From a virus (lineage: Duplodnaviria; Caudoviricetes), in IMG/VR virus record IMGVR_UViG_3300021375_001117, positions 1 to 52,778 of that record: 52,778 bases of DNA; one strand, given 5' to 3'. The notes beneath the pieces are model-generated. The model was not told the origin of the DNA. It made no database searches and saw only the letters and a program-made list of their open reading frames with translations. Shown here piece by piece: positions 17,352-25,513 of this stretch (position 1 is its first letter; each line of letters begins with the position of its first letter). Position numbers and translations under genes: made by a program.

Positions 17352-18127
17352 TATAGTTTTCCTTCTTCTCTCATTTGTTCACGTATTTTTGTAGCACTGA
17401 TATCGTGTATAGCATCGTCAAAAACTTCTTGCTCAATTTTATATCCAACATCTCTACCATACGTTATGTTTAGGAGGTTAGGTACAACCTCTATTTTTAC
17501 TTTACCAGCAAAGTTACACAAACTCTGTTGTAAGTTTTCTATAACTTCATATGCTGGAAAAGGATTCTTTTCATCTGTTGGCATATCTCTAACCATCAAA
17601 AACACTTGTCCGTGTTTGGCTAATGCTCTATCAAACAATGCTTGATGTCCAGGATGCCAAGGTTGGAATCTGCCAAGCATCTGTGTAGTAGGTGCTTTGT
17701 TATCCCAAATAAATCGTTGTCCAATTTCATAAGCAATTATTTTAGCATCTACATCACCACGTTGTTCGTGTACATTGTAGTCTGTGGCATAAGGTCTTTC
17801 AAACACTTTGTTTGTATCTTCAAACCTACCTTCTTTAATAGTGTCAATAAACACTTCATAATCTGCATCAAACTCTATTCTTGCATTTCTAAAAGGACAT
17901 ACAAAGTCTGCTATTGCTATTTTGCCTTCTGCTTCTGCTTCAGCACATAAGTCTACCATTCTTTGTTTTTGTCTGAATCTACCTTCTTCAGAAAAGTCCC
18001 AGTCGTCTGCTTCTTCTCTAACTTTATCTGCGTTGAACCAAGCAACTTTATCGCCTAAGTATTCAACTAGTCGTTCTGCTAAATATGTTTTACCACTTCC
18101 TGGTAAACCAAATATTAAAACTCTCAT
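17351..18127 (-). CDS. Adenylylsulfate kinase (CysC)-like domain fused to an HxGH nucleotidyltransferase domain
   Basis: GLPGSGKT, NADKVR, DWDFSEEGR, DFVCP; then GRFQPWHPGH ... ISATKIR. Confidence 0.8.
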   Translation of the reverse strand: MRVLIFGLPGSGKTYLAERLVEYLGDKVAWFNADKVREEADDWDFSEEGRFRQKQRMVDLCAEAEAEGKIAIADFVCPFRNARIEFDADYEVFIDTIKEGRFEDTNKVFERPYATDYNVHEQRGDVDAKIIAYEIGQRFIWDNKAPTTQMLGRFQPWHPGHQALFDRALAKHGQVFLMVRDMPTDEKNPFPAYEVIENLQQSLCNFAGKVKIEVVPNLLNITYGRDVGYKIEQEVFDDAIHDISATKIREQMREEGKL

Positions 18128-18150
18128 CTATTCTCCATAAATTAATATTT

Positions 18151-18906
18151 TCACTGGGTAGTTTCTTCTCTCCAATCTTCTATGATGCCATCTTCTTCTA
18201 ACTGTTCAAAAGTTTGAGCATTCACATCGTGCCACTTGTTATTTAAGTAACCTACAGTAGCATAATAACCTTTTCCGGTTGTGTCGTTCCAATCGTATTC
18301 TAATTCAACTTCTTTGCCGTCATACCATACACTTTCTATAAAAGAACCCATATCAGTTTCAACTTGTTGGGTCGCTAACAACCTAGCATCAAAAGGTTCA
18401 TCTAACTCTAATTTAAAATCAAAAAACTGTCCTTTCTCTCCACTATGAAATGCTAACACAGGACTATAGTTTTCAGGATCTTCTACATCGCTGATATCTT
18501 CTGTCATATAACATTCCCTGCTACTGTAACAATAAACATTGTCAAAATCTATTTCTTCTGCATTATCGTAATCTTCTTCGCCATCTTCATTTATAGGATA
18601 AACACTTAGACCTGCATCTGCATAAGGTCCGTTGATGTGTTCTTTATCTTCATAATTAAACCAAGCACCAGGCTCAAACTCATCTGGGTCTTCTGTGGGT
18701 AAAGGCATTGCCTCTGGATCTTCTATCTCTTCAATTGTGCTAGGATCGATATCGTAGTCTGTTAGAAAATCAATTAAGTCTCCATCTCCATCTTCATCCA
18801 CAATAGGTTTCCAATAATCTACAAAGGCTTTGGATACTGTGCCAACAACACACTCTCCGCCATATCTTCCACTTACTAAATGATAATTATATTTTTTATC
18901 TGCCAT
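18151..18906 (-). CDS. Highly acidic hypothetical protein
   Basis: 251-aa Asp/Glu-rich ORF with AGGAG SD. Confidence 0.7.
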   Translation of the reverse strand: MADKKYNYHLVSGRYGGECVVGTVSKAFVDYWKPIVDEDGDGDLIDFLTDYDIDPSTIEEIEDPEAMPLPTEDPDEFEPGAWFNYEDKEHINGPYADAGLSVYPINEDGEEDYDNAEEIDFDNVYCYSSRECYMTEDISDVEDPENYSPVLAFHSGEKGQFFDFKLELDEPFDARLLATQQVETDMGSFIESVWYDGKEVELEYDWNDTTGKGYYATVGYLNNKWHDVNAQTFEQLEEDGIIEDWREETTQ

Positions 18907-18915
18907 TTTATTCTC

Positions 18916-19419
18916 CTAAAATAAATCACTGATGTCTAACACATCATTAATCTTGTTAATATCTTTGCAAAATAATGCACACCTAGGAGTGTTTCCATTC
19001 TCTAGGGGCACCGTAATCATATGTCCGTGTTTTAACTTTGGAAAAAACCATTTTACATCTTGATAAATGTTAACCACGTCCACTTGTTTCACCGTTGGTG
19101 ACTTATTCTCTAAAGGATTAAATACAGGTGTATGAAATCCTCTATTGTTTAAACTTGTTAAAGGTAGCATCTCAATTTCATTATACATATCATCATCGCA
19201 GATTGCTATGCTCCAATCAATTGGCATTTGAACTGTTCTGTCTCCTATTTTTAAAACCATTGCAGGAGAGTAAAAACTTTCTAAAAATATTAGTTGATGA
19301 AAATAGAAGTCCATCCATTCAGGATCTCCTGCGTCCATTATACAATATCTCAAATCCACATCTGAATCTGGCACGTTATCTAAATTATATGTTCTGTTTT
19401 CCACAGTCAATATGTTCAT
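18916..19419 (-). CDS. Hypothetical protein
   Basis: 167-aa ORF coupled (ATGA) to UvsW. Confidence 0.7.
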   Translation of the reverse strand: MNILTVENRTYNLDNVPDSDVDLRYCIMDAGDPEWMDFYFHQLIFLESFYSPAMVLKIGDRTVQMPIDWSIAICDDDMYNEIEMLPLTSLNNRGFHTPVFNPLENKSPTVKQVDVVNIYQDVKWFFPKLKHGHMITVPLENGNTPRCALFCKDINKINDVLDISDLF

Positions 19420-20876
19420 AAGTACTCCACTTTGGTAACTTTGAATGGATAGTTTGCTTCTTTGTAAAACTTTTTACGTTCTGTAAGATGCCTTTTACTA
19501 TATTTCAAAGTACTTGTAATATCAAAAACTTGCAAATAGTCTTTGTCTTGTGCTTTACGAATACCTCTACCGATACTTTGTATAACACGAACAAAACTTT
19601 TGCCAGGTTCTAATAAGATTAAATTAAAAATTCTAGGTATATTAATACCTGTTGATGCAACACCATATGTTGCCACTATCACTTTGTTATCCATTTTGCT
19701 GACTTCTTTGTATTCTGTTTTTCTATCAGCACTTTTCATCTCGCCACTCACAAATACCCAATCAGGATTTTGTTCGATAAGCAGTTGTCCAGTTTTAATC
19801 CTGTCAACTAATATAAGTGTGTTGCCAGAACCAGATAAGTTTCCAACCATATCAGATAAAAAGTTTATCCTCTCCGGAGATGTCACTAACCATTTTAGTT
19901 CTTGTGCATAATTACTAAAGCCTACGTGGGTATCTATTAATTGTAATACACTTATATCCAAGTTAGCAAGTACTCCTTGCTCTTGTAAATCACTAGCACT
20001 GAGTTGATTAATAACACTACCTAATGTGCTAACAACTCCTGCAAATTCATATTCTTCTTTAGGTATAGTTCCTGTTAGTCCCCAACGAATAGGAACATTA
20101 GCAAACACTCCACCTAATAAGTTTCTTAATACATCTGCTTTTGCTTTGTGTACTTCATCGACCATTACACATACGACATCTTTCATAAACTCGTCTACTG
20201 GAATTGGTGCTTCATCATTCTTTGTTTTCTTTTCTAGTATTGCTAAACTTTGCCAAGTACATATAGTGTGAGTCTTGTCATATTCTTTTCTATCGCCATA
20301 TAACACTCCTACATCTAACCCTAAGTTTTTGTAATCTTCTTCTGTTTGTGTTACTAAGTCTTTGTTAGGCACAATAACGATAGTTCTACCATATGCTTCA
20401 CACTTATGACTTAATACTGCCGTTATAAGAGTTTTACCTGCTCCGGTGGCTACTTCTTGTAAGCCTTGCAAATTGTTTAAGAAACAATTTATAATTTCTA
20501 CTTGGTAATCCCTTAAAATAACAGGCAGTCCTTCTGCAGTATGCCCTTTGGGCCAAGCAATATTATCATAGTCTGTATCTACTACAGGTGTAAATTCAAA
20601 TTTGTATGGGTGTCTGTGGTCTTCTACTTCTATATTGTATCCTTCTTTCTCCACAATAGGTAAAAGTTTATCTAGTAAGTTAAGATAACTTCTGCCACCT
20701 ATGTCGCAGAATCTCACACACCCGTCCCATCTTCCTAGTTTATATGCTGGCATATGATAAGCATAAGGTAAGAAAAACTTTAGTGCATCAGAAATCTTTC
20801 GACGTGTATGCACATCAAGGTCAGTGAATCTAACATTGACCTCGTCTTTAATTACTAATTTCGTTGTTCTTGCCAT
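19416..20876 (-). CDS. uvsW: UvsW-like SF2 DNA helicase
   Basis: WDG, LRDYQ, ATGAGKT, DEVH, GLTGT, QSIGRGIR motifs. Confidence 0.9.
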   Translation of the reverse strand: MARTTKLVIKDEVNVRFTDLDVHTRRKISDALKFFLPYAYHMPAYKLGRWDGCVRFCDIGGRSYLNLLDKLLPIVEKEGYNIEVEDHRHPYKFEFTPVVDTDYDNIAWPKGHTAEGLPVILRDYQVEIINCFLNNLQGLQEVATGAGKTLITAVLSHKCEAYGRTIVIVPNKDLVTQTEEDYKNLGLDVGVLYGDRKEYDKTHTICTWQSLAILEKKTKNDEAPIPVDEFMKDVVCVMVDEVHKAKADVLRNLLGGVFANVPIRWGLTGTIPKEEYEFAGVVSTLGSVINQLSASDLQEQGVLANLDISVLQLIDTHVGFSNYAQELKWLVTSPERINFLSDMVGNLSGSGNTLILVDRIKTGQLLIEQNPDWVFVSGEMKSADRKTEYKEVSKMDNKVIVATYGVASTGINIPRIFNLILLEPGKSFVRVIQSIGRGIRKAQDKDYLQVFDITSTLKYSKRHLTERKKFYKEANYPFKVTKVEYL

Positions 20877-20884
20877 TGTATATT

Positions 20885-20913
20885 ATTTTATGCTCGTTTG
20901 TTTTAAATGTCAA
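20885..20913 (-). promoter_or_regulatory. sigma70-type early promoter for uvsW and downstream genes
   Basis: TTGACA-N17-TAAAAT, 8 nt before ATG. Confidence 0.75.
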
Positions 20914-20916
20914 CCT

Positions 20917-20947
20917 AAAAAAGAAAGTACCCCATAGTGGGGTACTT
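20917..20947 (-). terminator. Rho-independent terminator after the ATPase gene
   Basis: Perfect 10-bp stem AAGTACCCCA-CTA-TGGGGTACTT followed by TCTTTTTT. Confidence 0.88.
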
Positions 20948-20950
20948 CCG

Positions 20951-20991
20951 TGGTCCTCTAGGAGGTTCAGTATGCGAGGACCAAACATACT
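20951..20991 (-). promoter_or_regulatory. Candidate 3' UTR H-type pseudoknot containing an anti-Shine-Dalgarno sequence
   Basis: RNA AGUAUG-UU-UGGUCCUC-G-CAUACU-GAACCUCCUA-GAGGACCA: two interleaved perfect stems of 6 and 8 bp. Confidence 0.55.
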
Positions 20992-22021
20992 AAGCCATTC
21001 TCTTCATACAGGTTGTTTCAGCCAATGCCTTCCAACCCTCAGGCTTCATTTTCTTGAGGTCAGCAATCTTGAGTACCATTCTCAAACTAACTTCTCTAAG
21101 TCTTGCACTCTTCTCTACCATAAAGTCTACAACTTCTTGATTACCTTCGCCTTCAAATTTGTATTCATCAAGCATACCATCTCTAACAATTTGTTTGATT
21201 CTTAGGAACTTGTCTGAGACTTTGTTCATTTCCAAATCAATGTAGTGACATCTTGACATAAGTGCTTCTAAGTGATCCTTAATCTTCTTAGAACGAACGT
21301 TTTCAAAATCAACGTTAGTAATAAAGATTGCTGATCCTTCAAAGTCAAACCTATCTGGAATACCTTCCCTTCTCAATGCGTGGGATTCTGACTTCCAACT
21401 TACAGTTCTTTTCTTGCCTGAGTCTAAAACTGCCTTTAACATATTTAGGCAAACTTCATCAAACAATACTGTATCACAGTCATCAAATATAATAACATCT
21501 CCTTTAGCAGAGTTGTTAAACAATGTTTGGTACAAACCAATTGGAGTCATTGAACCTTTACAGAATTCTGTTTTTGGTCCTTTGCCTTTCAGTTTGTTAA
21601 ACATATCGTATTTGTCCATTTCAGTTTCAACACCAAAACTCTTACCAACACCTGGAGGGCCACTTAATATAAGTCCTCTCACAGTACCTTTGATAACTGC
21701 TCTAGTCATCTCAGTTAGTATATCGAATCTTGTTTTGATTCTGTCTAGTGCCTGTTCATCAGTTTCTTGCAGTTCTGCAGGAGTGCTTTTTTGCACTATT
21801 GCCTGTGCTTCAAACTCGTGTTCTGAAACTTTTTCAAAAGACGTAATGTCGTTGACAATAATTCTTGCACTTGGATACTTAGGTCCTAGTACTTTACTAG
21901 CATCAACTGTTAGAAACATTCCTTTCTTTCCAAAAGTAATGTCTTTGATTAATGGGAAAATGGCGTTCTTTATTGTGTTACCACGATATTTGCCAGATTT
22001 AATTTTAACGTAAGTTTGCAT
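20990..22021 (-). CDS. AAA+-type P-loop ATPase
   Basis: GPPGVGKS Walker A, IIFDDCD Walker B, FITN sensor, SR arginine finger; GGAGG SD. Confidence 0.85.
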   Translation of the reverse strand: MQTYVKIKSGKYRGNTIKNAIFPLIKDITFGKKGMFLTVDASKVLGPKYPSARIIVNDITSFEKVSEHEFEAQAIVQKSTPAELQETDEQALDRIKTRFDILTEMTRAVIKGTVRGLILSGPPGVGKSFGVETEMDKYDMFNKLKGKGPKTEFCKGSMTPIGLYQTLFNNSAKGDVIIFDDCDTVLFDEVCLNMLKAVLDSGKKRTVSWKSESHALRREGIPDRFDFEGSAIFITNVDFENVRSKKIKDHLEALMSRCHYIDLEMNKVSDKFLRIKQIVRDGMLDEYKFEGEGNQEVVDFMVEKSARLREVSLRMVLKIADLKKMKPEGWKALAETTCMKRMA

Positions 22022-22061
22022 ATAACCTCCTAAAGTATGTATGTTTTAACTTATATATACT

Positions 22062-22089
22062 ATTATACGCCTATTTAGGCAAAAGTCAA
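22062..22089 (-). promoter_or_regulatory. sigma70-type early promoter of the ATPase gene, with a palindromic spacer
   Basis: TTGACT-N16-TATAAT; the spacer contains GCCTA-AA-TAGGC. Confidence 0.7.
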
Positions 22090-22093
22090 CCGA

Positions 22094-22426
22094 CTATTTA
22101 AAAAAACTTTTAACGTTTATACCAAATAACTTCTTGTAATACTTGGCAATGCGTTCTTTAAATATAGGTTTTCTTTCTGGGTTATACTTCTTCTTGAGGG
22201 AAAGATAGTACTCTTCGCTGGATTCTATGTAAAGTTCTTCATTGGGTTCTAATTCATAACCGTTATATTCGCCACCGTTATCTCCGGAGGTTATTAGATA
22301 TCCTCCGTGTTTGTATGTTATAACCATACAACCATTTTGAGCCAGTAACGAACTTGTACTTTCATACTGTTCTATTTCTGCAAAATCTTTCGCAATACGA
22401 TTAATTTTATCAGTATACTGACTCAT
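22094..22426 (-). CDS. Hypothetical protein
   Basis: 110-aa ORF filling the gap between bL33 and the ATPase promoter. Confidence 0.6.
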   Translation of the reverse strand: MSQYTDKINRIAKDFAEIEQYESTSSLLAQNGCMVITYKHGGYLITSGDNGGEYNGYELEPNEELYIESSEEYYLSLKKKYNPERKPIFKERIAKYYKKLFGINVKSFFK

Positions 22427-22432
22427 TACAGT

Positions 22433-22636
22433 TTATTTTGAATGAGGAGGTAGTTTCGCTTCAACAAACCACTCGTGCTTTCTTTTTGCAGGGTTATACT
22501 TTTTAAGTCGTAACTTTCTGTTTTCTACTGTGAGTGTTCTTGTTTTGACAGCCGTGTAATGATATGTATGGTGATCTCTAGTCTCACCTTCTGGTATCAT
22601 ATAAACTAACGTTCTTCTTTTATCTTTCTTTGCCAT
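22433..22636 (-). CDS. rpmG: Ribosomal protein bL33 (cysteine-free type)
   Basis: MAKK..R, Y.Y...K and KLRLKKYNP..RKH..F.EAK match the L33 pattern; 67 aa, basic. Confidence 0.8.
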   Translation of the reverse strand: MAKKDKRRTLVYMIPEGETRDHHTYHYTAVKTRTLTVENRKLRLKKYNPAKRKHEWFVEAKLPPHSK

Positions 22637-22646
22637 AGTTACTTAT

Positions 22647-24386
22647 TTACCAATTATATTGCAAAGTAATTAATACTTCCCTACCACGGTTATCATACCC
22701 TGGTAGAACCTCTACAACATCGTCTAAAGCATTGTTTACTTTAAATGTTAAGTTGTACTTACCCCAAGTCTTAGATGCACTTAAATCTAATCTATTTAAA
22801 TCTTCTAAGTAATCTTCTCCTTCTGGTATTATGTCATACTGCCCTGGTGCTCTTTCTAAGTTTACTGCATACCTGCCTGCAACTGTAACACCATTGAACA
22901 TTTGCTTGTATGTGATTGCTCCCATATACTTGGGCACTCTAGGTTGCTCTGTATCAGTATATGCTAACATTACACCAAACGGACCATAGTTATTAGCAAA
23001 TCTAAAACCTTGTGTGGAGTATTCTCCGCCATTTTCATACGTGGCATTTGTAAAAATATCTTCTGTTACAGCAGGAGTTACAGTAACTTCTCCTGTGTCA
23101 GGATCTGTTGTGGTTACTTCTGGCGTAACTATTATTGTTGTGGTATAACTTGGTTGGTACTCAATTGTTTCTTCGAAATCATATTTGAATACACTTATTG
23201 CGCCAAACCCAATCTCATACCCTACGCCTTCTTCTGGCATTAAATCTTCATTACCATCAACCCAAGCATCACCAAACCTTTCATACAAGTTTGCTTTTCT
23301 AAAACTGTTTCCAATGTTAAAGAAGAACTCGCCTTTTGATAAACCAAATCTCATTGCATTTTGGTCATCGTTGCCAAATCTCAAACCAAAGTTGTAGTTT
23401 AAGGCGAACGAGGCATTAACATTTAAGTATCCTCCAAAGTTTTCATCTTCGTATTTGTTTTCAGTAGCACCCATAGAGTTTATACTTTCTGTATTGTAAA
23501 TGTTTCTTTCACCATCTACACCAAATGCAACATTTAGTTTATTGGAAAGATCCAAATTATTACCAAATCTCACAAAGTCTCTATAACTTTCATTTGCATA
23601 AGTAGGATCTTCTACTGTAAAATATTCAGCACTGGTATAGTTTCTGCCTACTGTGATATAATCATTTCTAATTGCTACGTTATATCTTTCACCTAATTCT
23701 GTACATTCGTTGCTTTGACCCCAATTGTAATCATAACAGTTATCATAATCATATTCATAATCAACAAATTTAGCAATTACTTCAAAGTCCATTGCATCTA
23801 TAATAATTTTTGCTGACTGTTGTTCATAAGTATCTTCTTCATCATTATCATTTCTTGCACTAGCAATAGTATCTTTGAATGATGCTACTTCTAAATTGTT
23901 TGATGATAGTTTTATAAATTGATTTTCTATTCCACTGTCTACAATATTTCTCATTGTCAATCCTCTAGTGATTGTGTCTTCAATAAGAACTGTTCCAGCC
24001 ATTGCTCCAGAGCCATACATAACTCCGTTAGCACCACTAATAACTTTAATTTTTTCTCCTGATGCAATATCGTGTCCAAAATTATACCAAGAGCCGCCTG
24101 GTTCATTAGCAGGGATACCATTTCTAAATACTGCGGTATGAACTGTTTGAGCACCTCTTTCATTATAAAATGCTGAGCCGCCATACCCTCCAGCATTGTA
24201 TGTGAATGCTGGCAAAATCGCTGTCAATATATTAGTATCAGTAGCAGGGTTTGTTTTAACTGTTCTTTCTTGTTGACCCACTACTACAACTTCTTCAATA
24301 TCTGAAGCGAAAGCGAATGCTACCCATAATGGTAAGGTAACAATAATCGTAAATTTTATTATATGTTTGTGAAAAAAATCTTCCAT
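22647..24386 (-). CDS. TonB-dependent outer-membrane receptor
   Basis: Likely start MEDFF at 24386; signal peptide ending AFA; TonB box IEEVVVVG; plug motif G...MYGSGAMAGTV; C-terminal NALD...GR...LQYNW beta strand. Confidence 0.85.
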   Translation of the reverse strand: MEDFFHKHIIKFTIIVTLPLWVAFAFASDIEEVVVVGQQERTVKTNPATDTNILTAILPAFTYNAGGYGGSAFYNERGAQTVHTAVFRNGIPANEPGGSWYNFGHDIASGEKIKVISGANGVMYGSGAMAGTVLIEDTITRGLTMRNIVDSGIENQFIKLSSNNLEVASFKDTIASARNDNDEEDTYEQQSAKIIIDAMDFEVIAKFVDYEYDYDNCYDYNWGQSNECTELGERYNVAIRNDYITVGRNYTSAEYFTVEDPTYANESYRDFVRFGNNLDLSNKLNVAFGVDGERNIYNTESINSMGATENKYEDENFGGYLNVNASFALNYNFGLRFGNDDQNAMRFGLSKGEFFFNIGNSFRKANLYERFGDAWVDGNEDLMPEEGVGYEIGFGAISVFKYDFEETIEYQPSYTTTIIVTPEVTTTDPDTGEVTVTPAVTEDIFTNATYENGGEYSTQGFRFANNYGPFGVMLAYTDTEQPRVPKYMGAITYKQMFNGVTVAGRYAVNLERAPGQYDIIPEGEDYLEDLNRLDLSASKTWGKYNLTFKVNNALDDVVEVLPGYDNRGREVLITLQYNW

Positions 24387-24387
24387 T

Positions 24388-24819
24388 TTAATTCCTGTTT
24401 TTAATAGATAATATAGTGTTGGATGCTGGTAAAAAGTCTTTAAACAATTTATCAACATTCAACACCCGTTTTTTATTATTGTAAGACATCCATATCCACT
24501 TATCTAATTCATCTGTTGTTGAAAGCACCAAGCAATTTTCTAAGAGTGCTTTGTTAAACAGTTTTTCTAAATATGTATTTGCTACTAACAATAAATTATA
24601 TTCTTTTGCAGAGTTAATAATATCTATTGCGTGGTCTTCGTTATCATACTTAATAATTTTTAAATTCAAATCAATTTGGTCTAGAGTGAAATCTATATCG
24701 TTTGGTAAAATTAAAACGTCCTTGTAATCAACATAGCCTTTTGTTTCTTCAAAAGTTTTTGCTAAATCAATTCCGTATTCGATTGCTTGTTGCAAATCTT
24801 GTACTTCAATATTAACCAA
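24388..24819 (-). CDS. Hypothetical protein
   Basis: 143-aa ORF overlapping the uvsY stop. Confidence 0.6.
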   Translation of the reverse strand: MVNIEVQDLQQAIEYGIDLAKTFEETKGYVDYKDVLILPNDIDFTLDQIDLNLKIIKYDNEDHAIDIINSAKEYNLLLVANTYLEKLFNKALLENCLVLSTTDELDKWIWMSYNNKKRVLNVDKLFKDFLPASNTILSIKNRN

Positions 24820-25273
24820 CTGATATATCTTCCATTCCTGCTGTTCTTAACCTTACAATGTGACCAATTTGCCATTGCTTGGTATCTAAACCTTTCATTA
24901 TGCCTAAGTATTTGTTTCTTAAAAGACTTATTTGGTTTACTAAACTTGTTAGTTGTACCACTTCATCTTCACCGTCAACAAACTTATCTGCATCTCTACT
25001 TGTTAATTGTCTATTATAATTTTCAAGGAACTTTCGGAAGACCTTACTTCTGGTCTTCCTAAGTTCAATGTTAAGGTGTTCGAGAATTGCTTCTATTTCC
25101 TGTAACTGGTTGAATCTGTGTTCAGTAATACCTGGTAGTGCCGCAGATAATCTTTCGACATTACCTTTTACTCCACATTCAAACTTGGCTTCTGCTAGTT
25201 CTTTCTCATAGTAATCAATACAGTTTACTATTTCTGCTAAACTATCATTTACCTTGTTATACCAACCTGCCAT
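24812..25273 (-). CDS. uvsY: UvsY-like recombination mediator
   Basis: Helical 153-aa protein just downstream of uvsX; D..KFVDGEDE and K.LD.K.WQI pattern. Confidence 0.75.
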   Translation of the reverse strand: MAGWYNKVNDSLAEIVNCIDYYEKELAEAKFECGVKGNVERLSAALPGITEHRFNQLQEIEAILEHLNIELRKTRSKVFRKFLENYNRQLTSRDADKFVDGEDEVVQLTSLVNQISLLRNKYLGIMKGLDTKQWQIGHIVRLRTAGMEDISVG

Positions 25274-25276
25274 AGT

Positions 25277-25513
25277 CTAGTCCCATTCCTCGTCTTCTTC
25301 TTCCTCGTCAAGACCTAAGTCCTCACGATATAAAGCCAATGCCTCTTTTAAATGTTTATCACAATCTGTAAACATTTTAATTTCATCTGGATCGAGCATT
25401 CCATTTTCTTCAAATACTCTTACAAGATTTTCAGCGGCTTCGACTTTAAGTTTGGCATCTATGTTTATAGAAACACTATCCCAAACTTCACTCAGTAGTT
25501 GTAGATTGTCCAT
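25277..25513 (-). CDS. Small acidic hypothetical protein
   Basis: 78-aa ORF with an acidic tail between uvsX and uvsY. Confidence 0.65.
   Translation of the reverse strand: MDNLQLLSEVWDSVSINIDAKLKVEAAENLVRVFEENGMLDPDEIKMFTDCDKHLKEALALYREDLGLDEEEEDEEWD

Noticed and set aside
20960-21205. Plus-strand AGGAGG-N6-ATG opening a 77-codon antisense ORF (20972-21205)
   Set aside because: The peptide has no recognisable features and no plus-strand promoter is evident. The apparent SD and ATG are explained as the complement of the anti-SD element. Not fully excluded.
20956-22035. 12-bp imperfect inverted repeat flanking the ATPase read as an invertible or mobile element
   Set aside because: No recombinase or transposase nearby and no target duplication. 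The single mismatch is a G-U pair in the transcript, which favours an RNA-level explanation.
15426-24386. Host chromosomal DNA or prophage boundary suggested by apt, metK, rpmG and the TonB receptor
   Set aside because: These genes overlap or interleave with T4-type core genes, rpmG carries the phage late-promoter motif, and no integrase or att site is evident.
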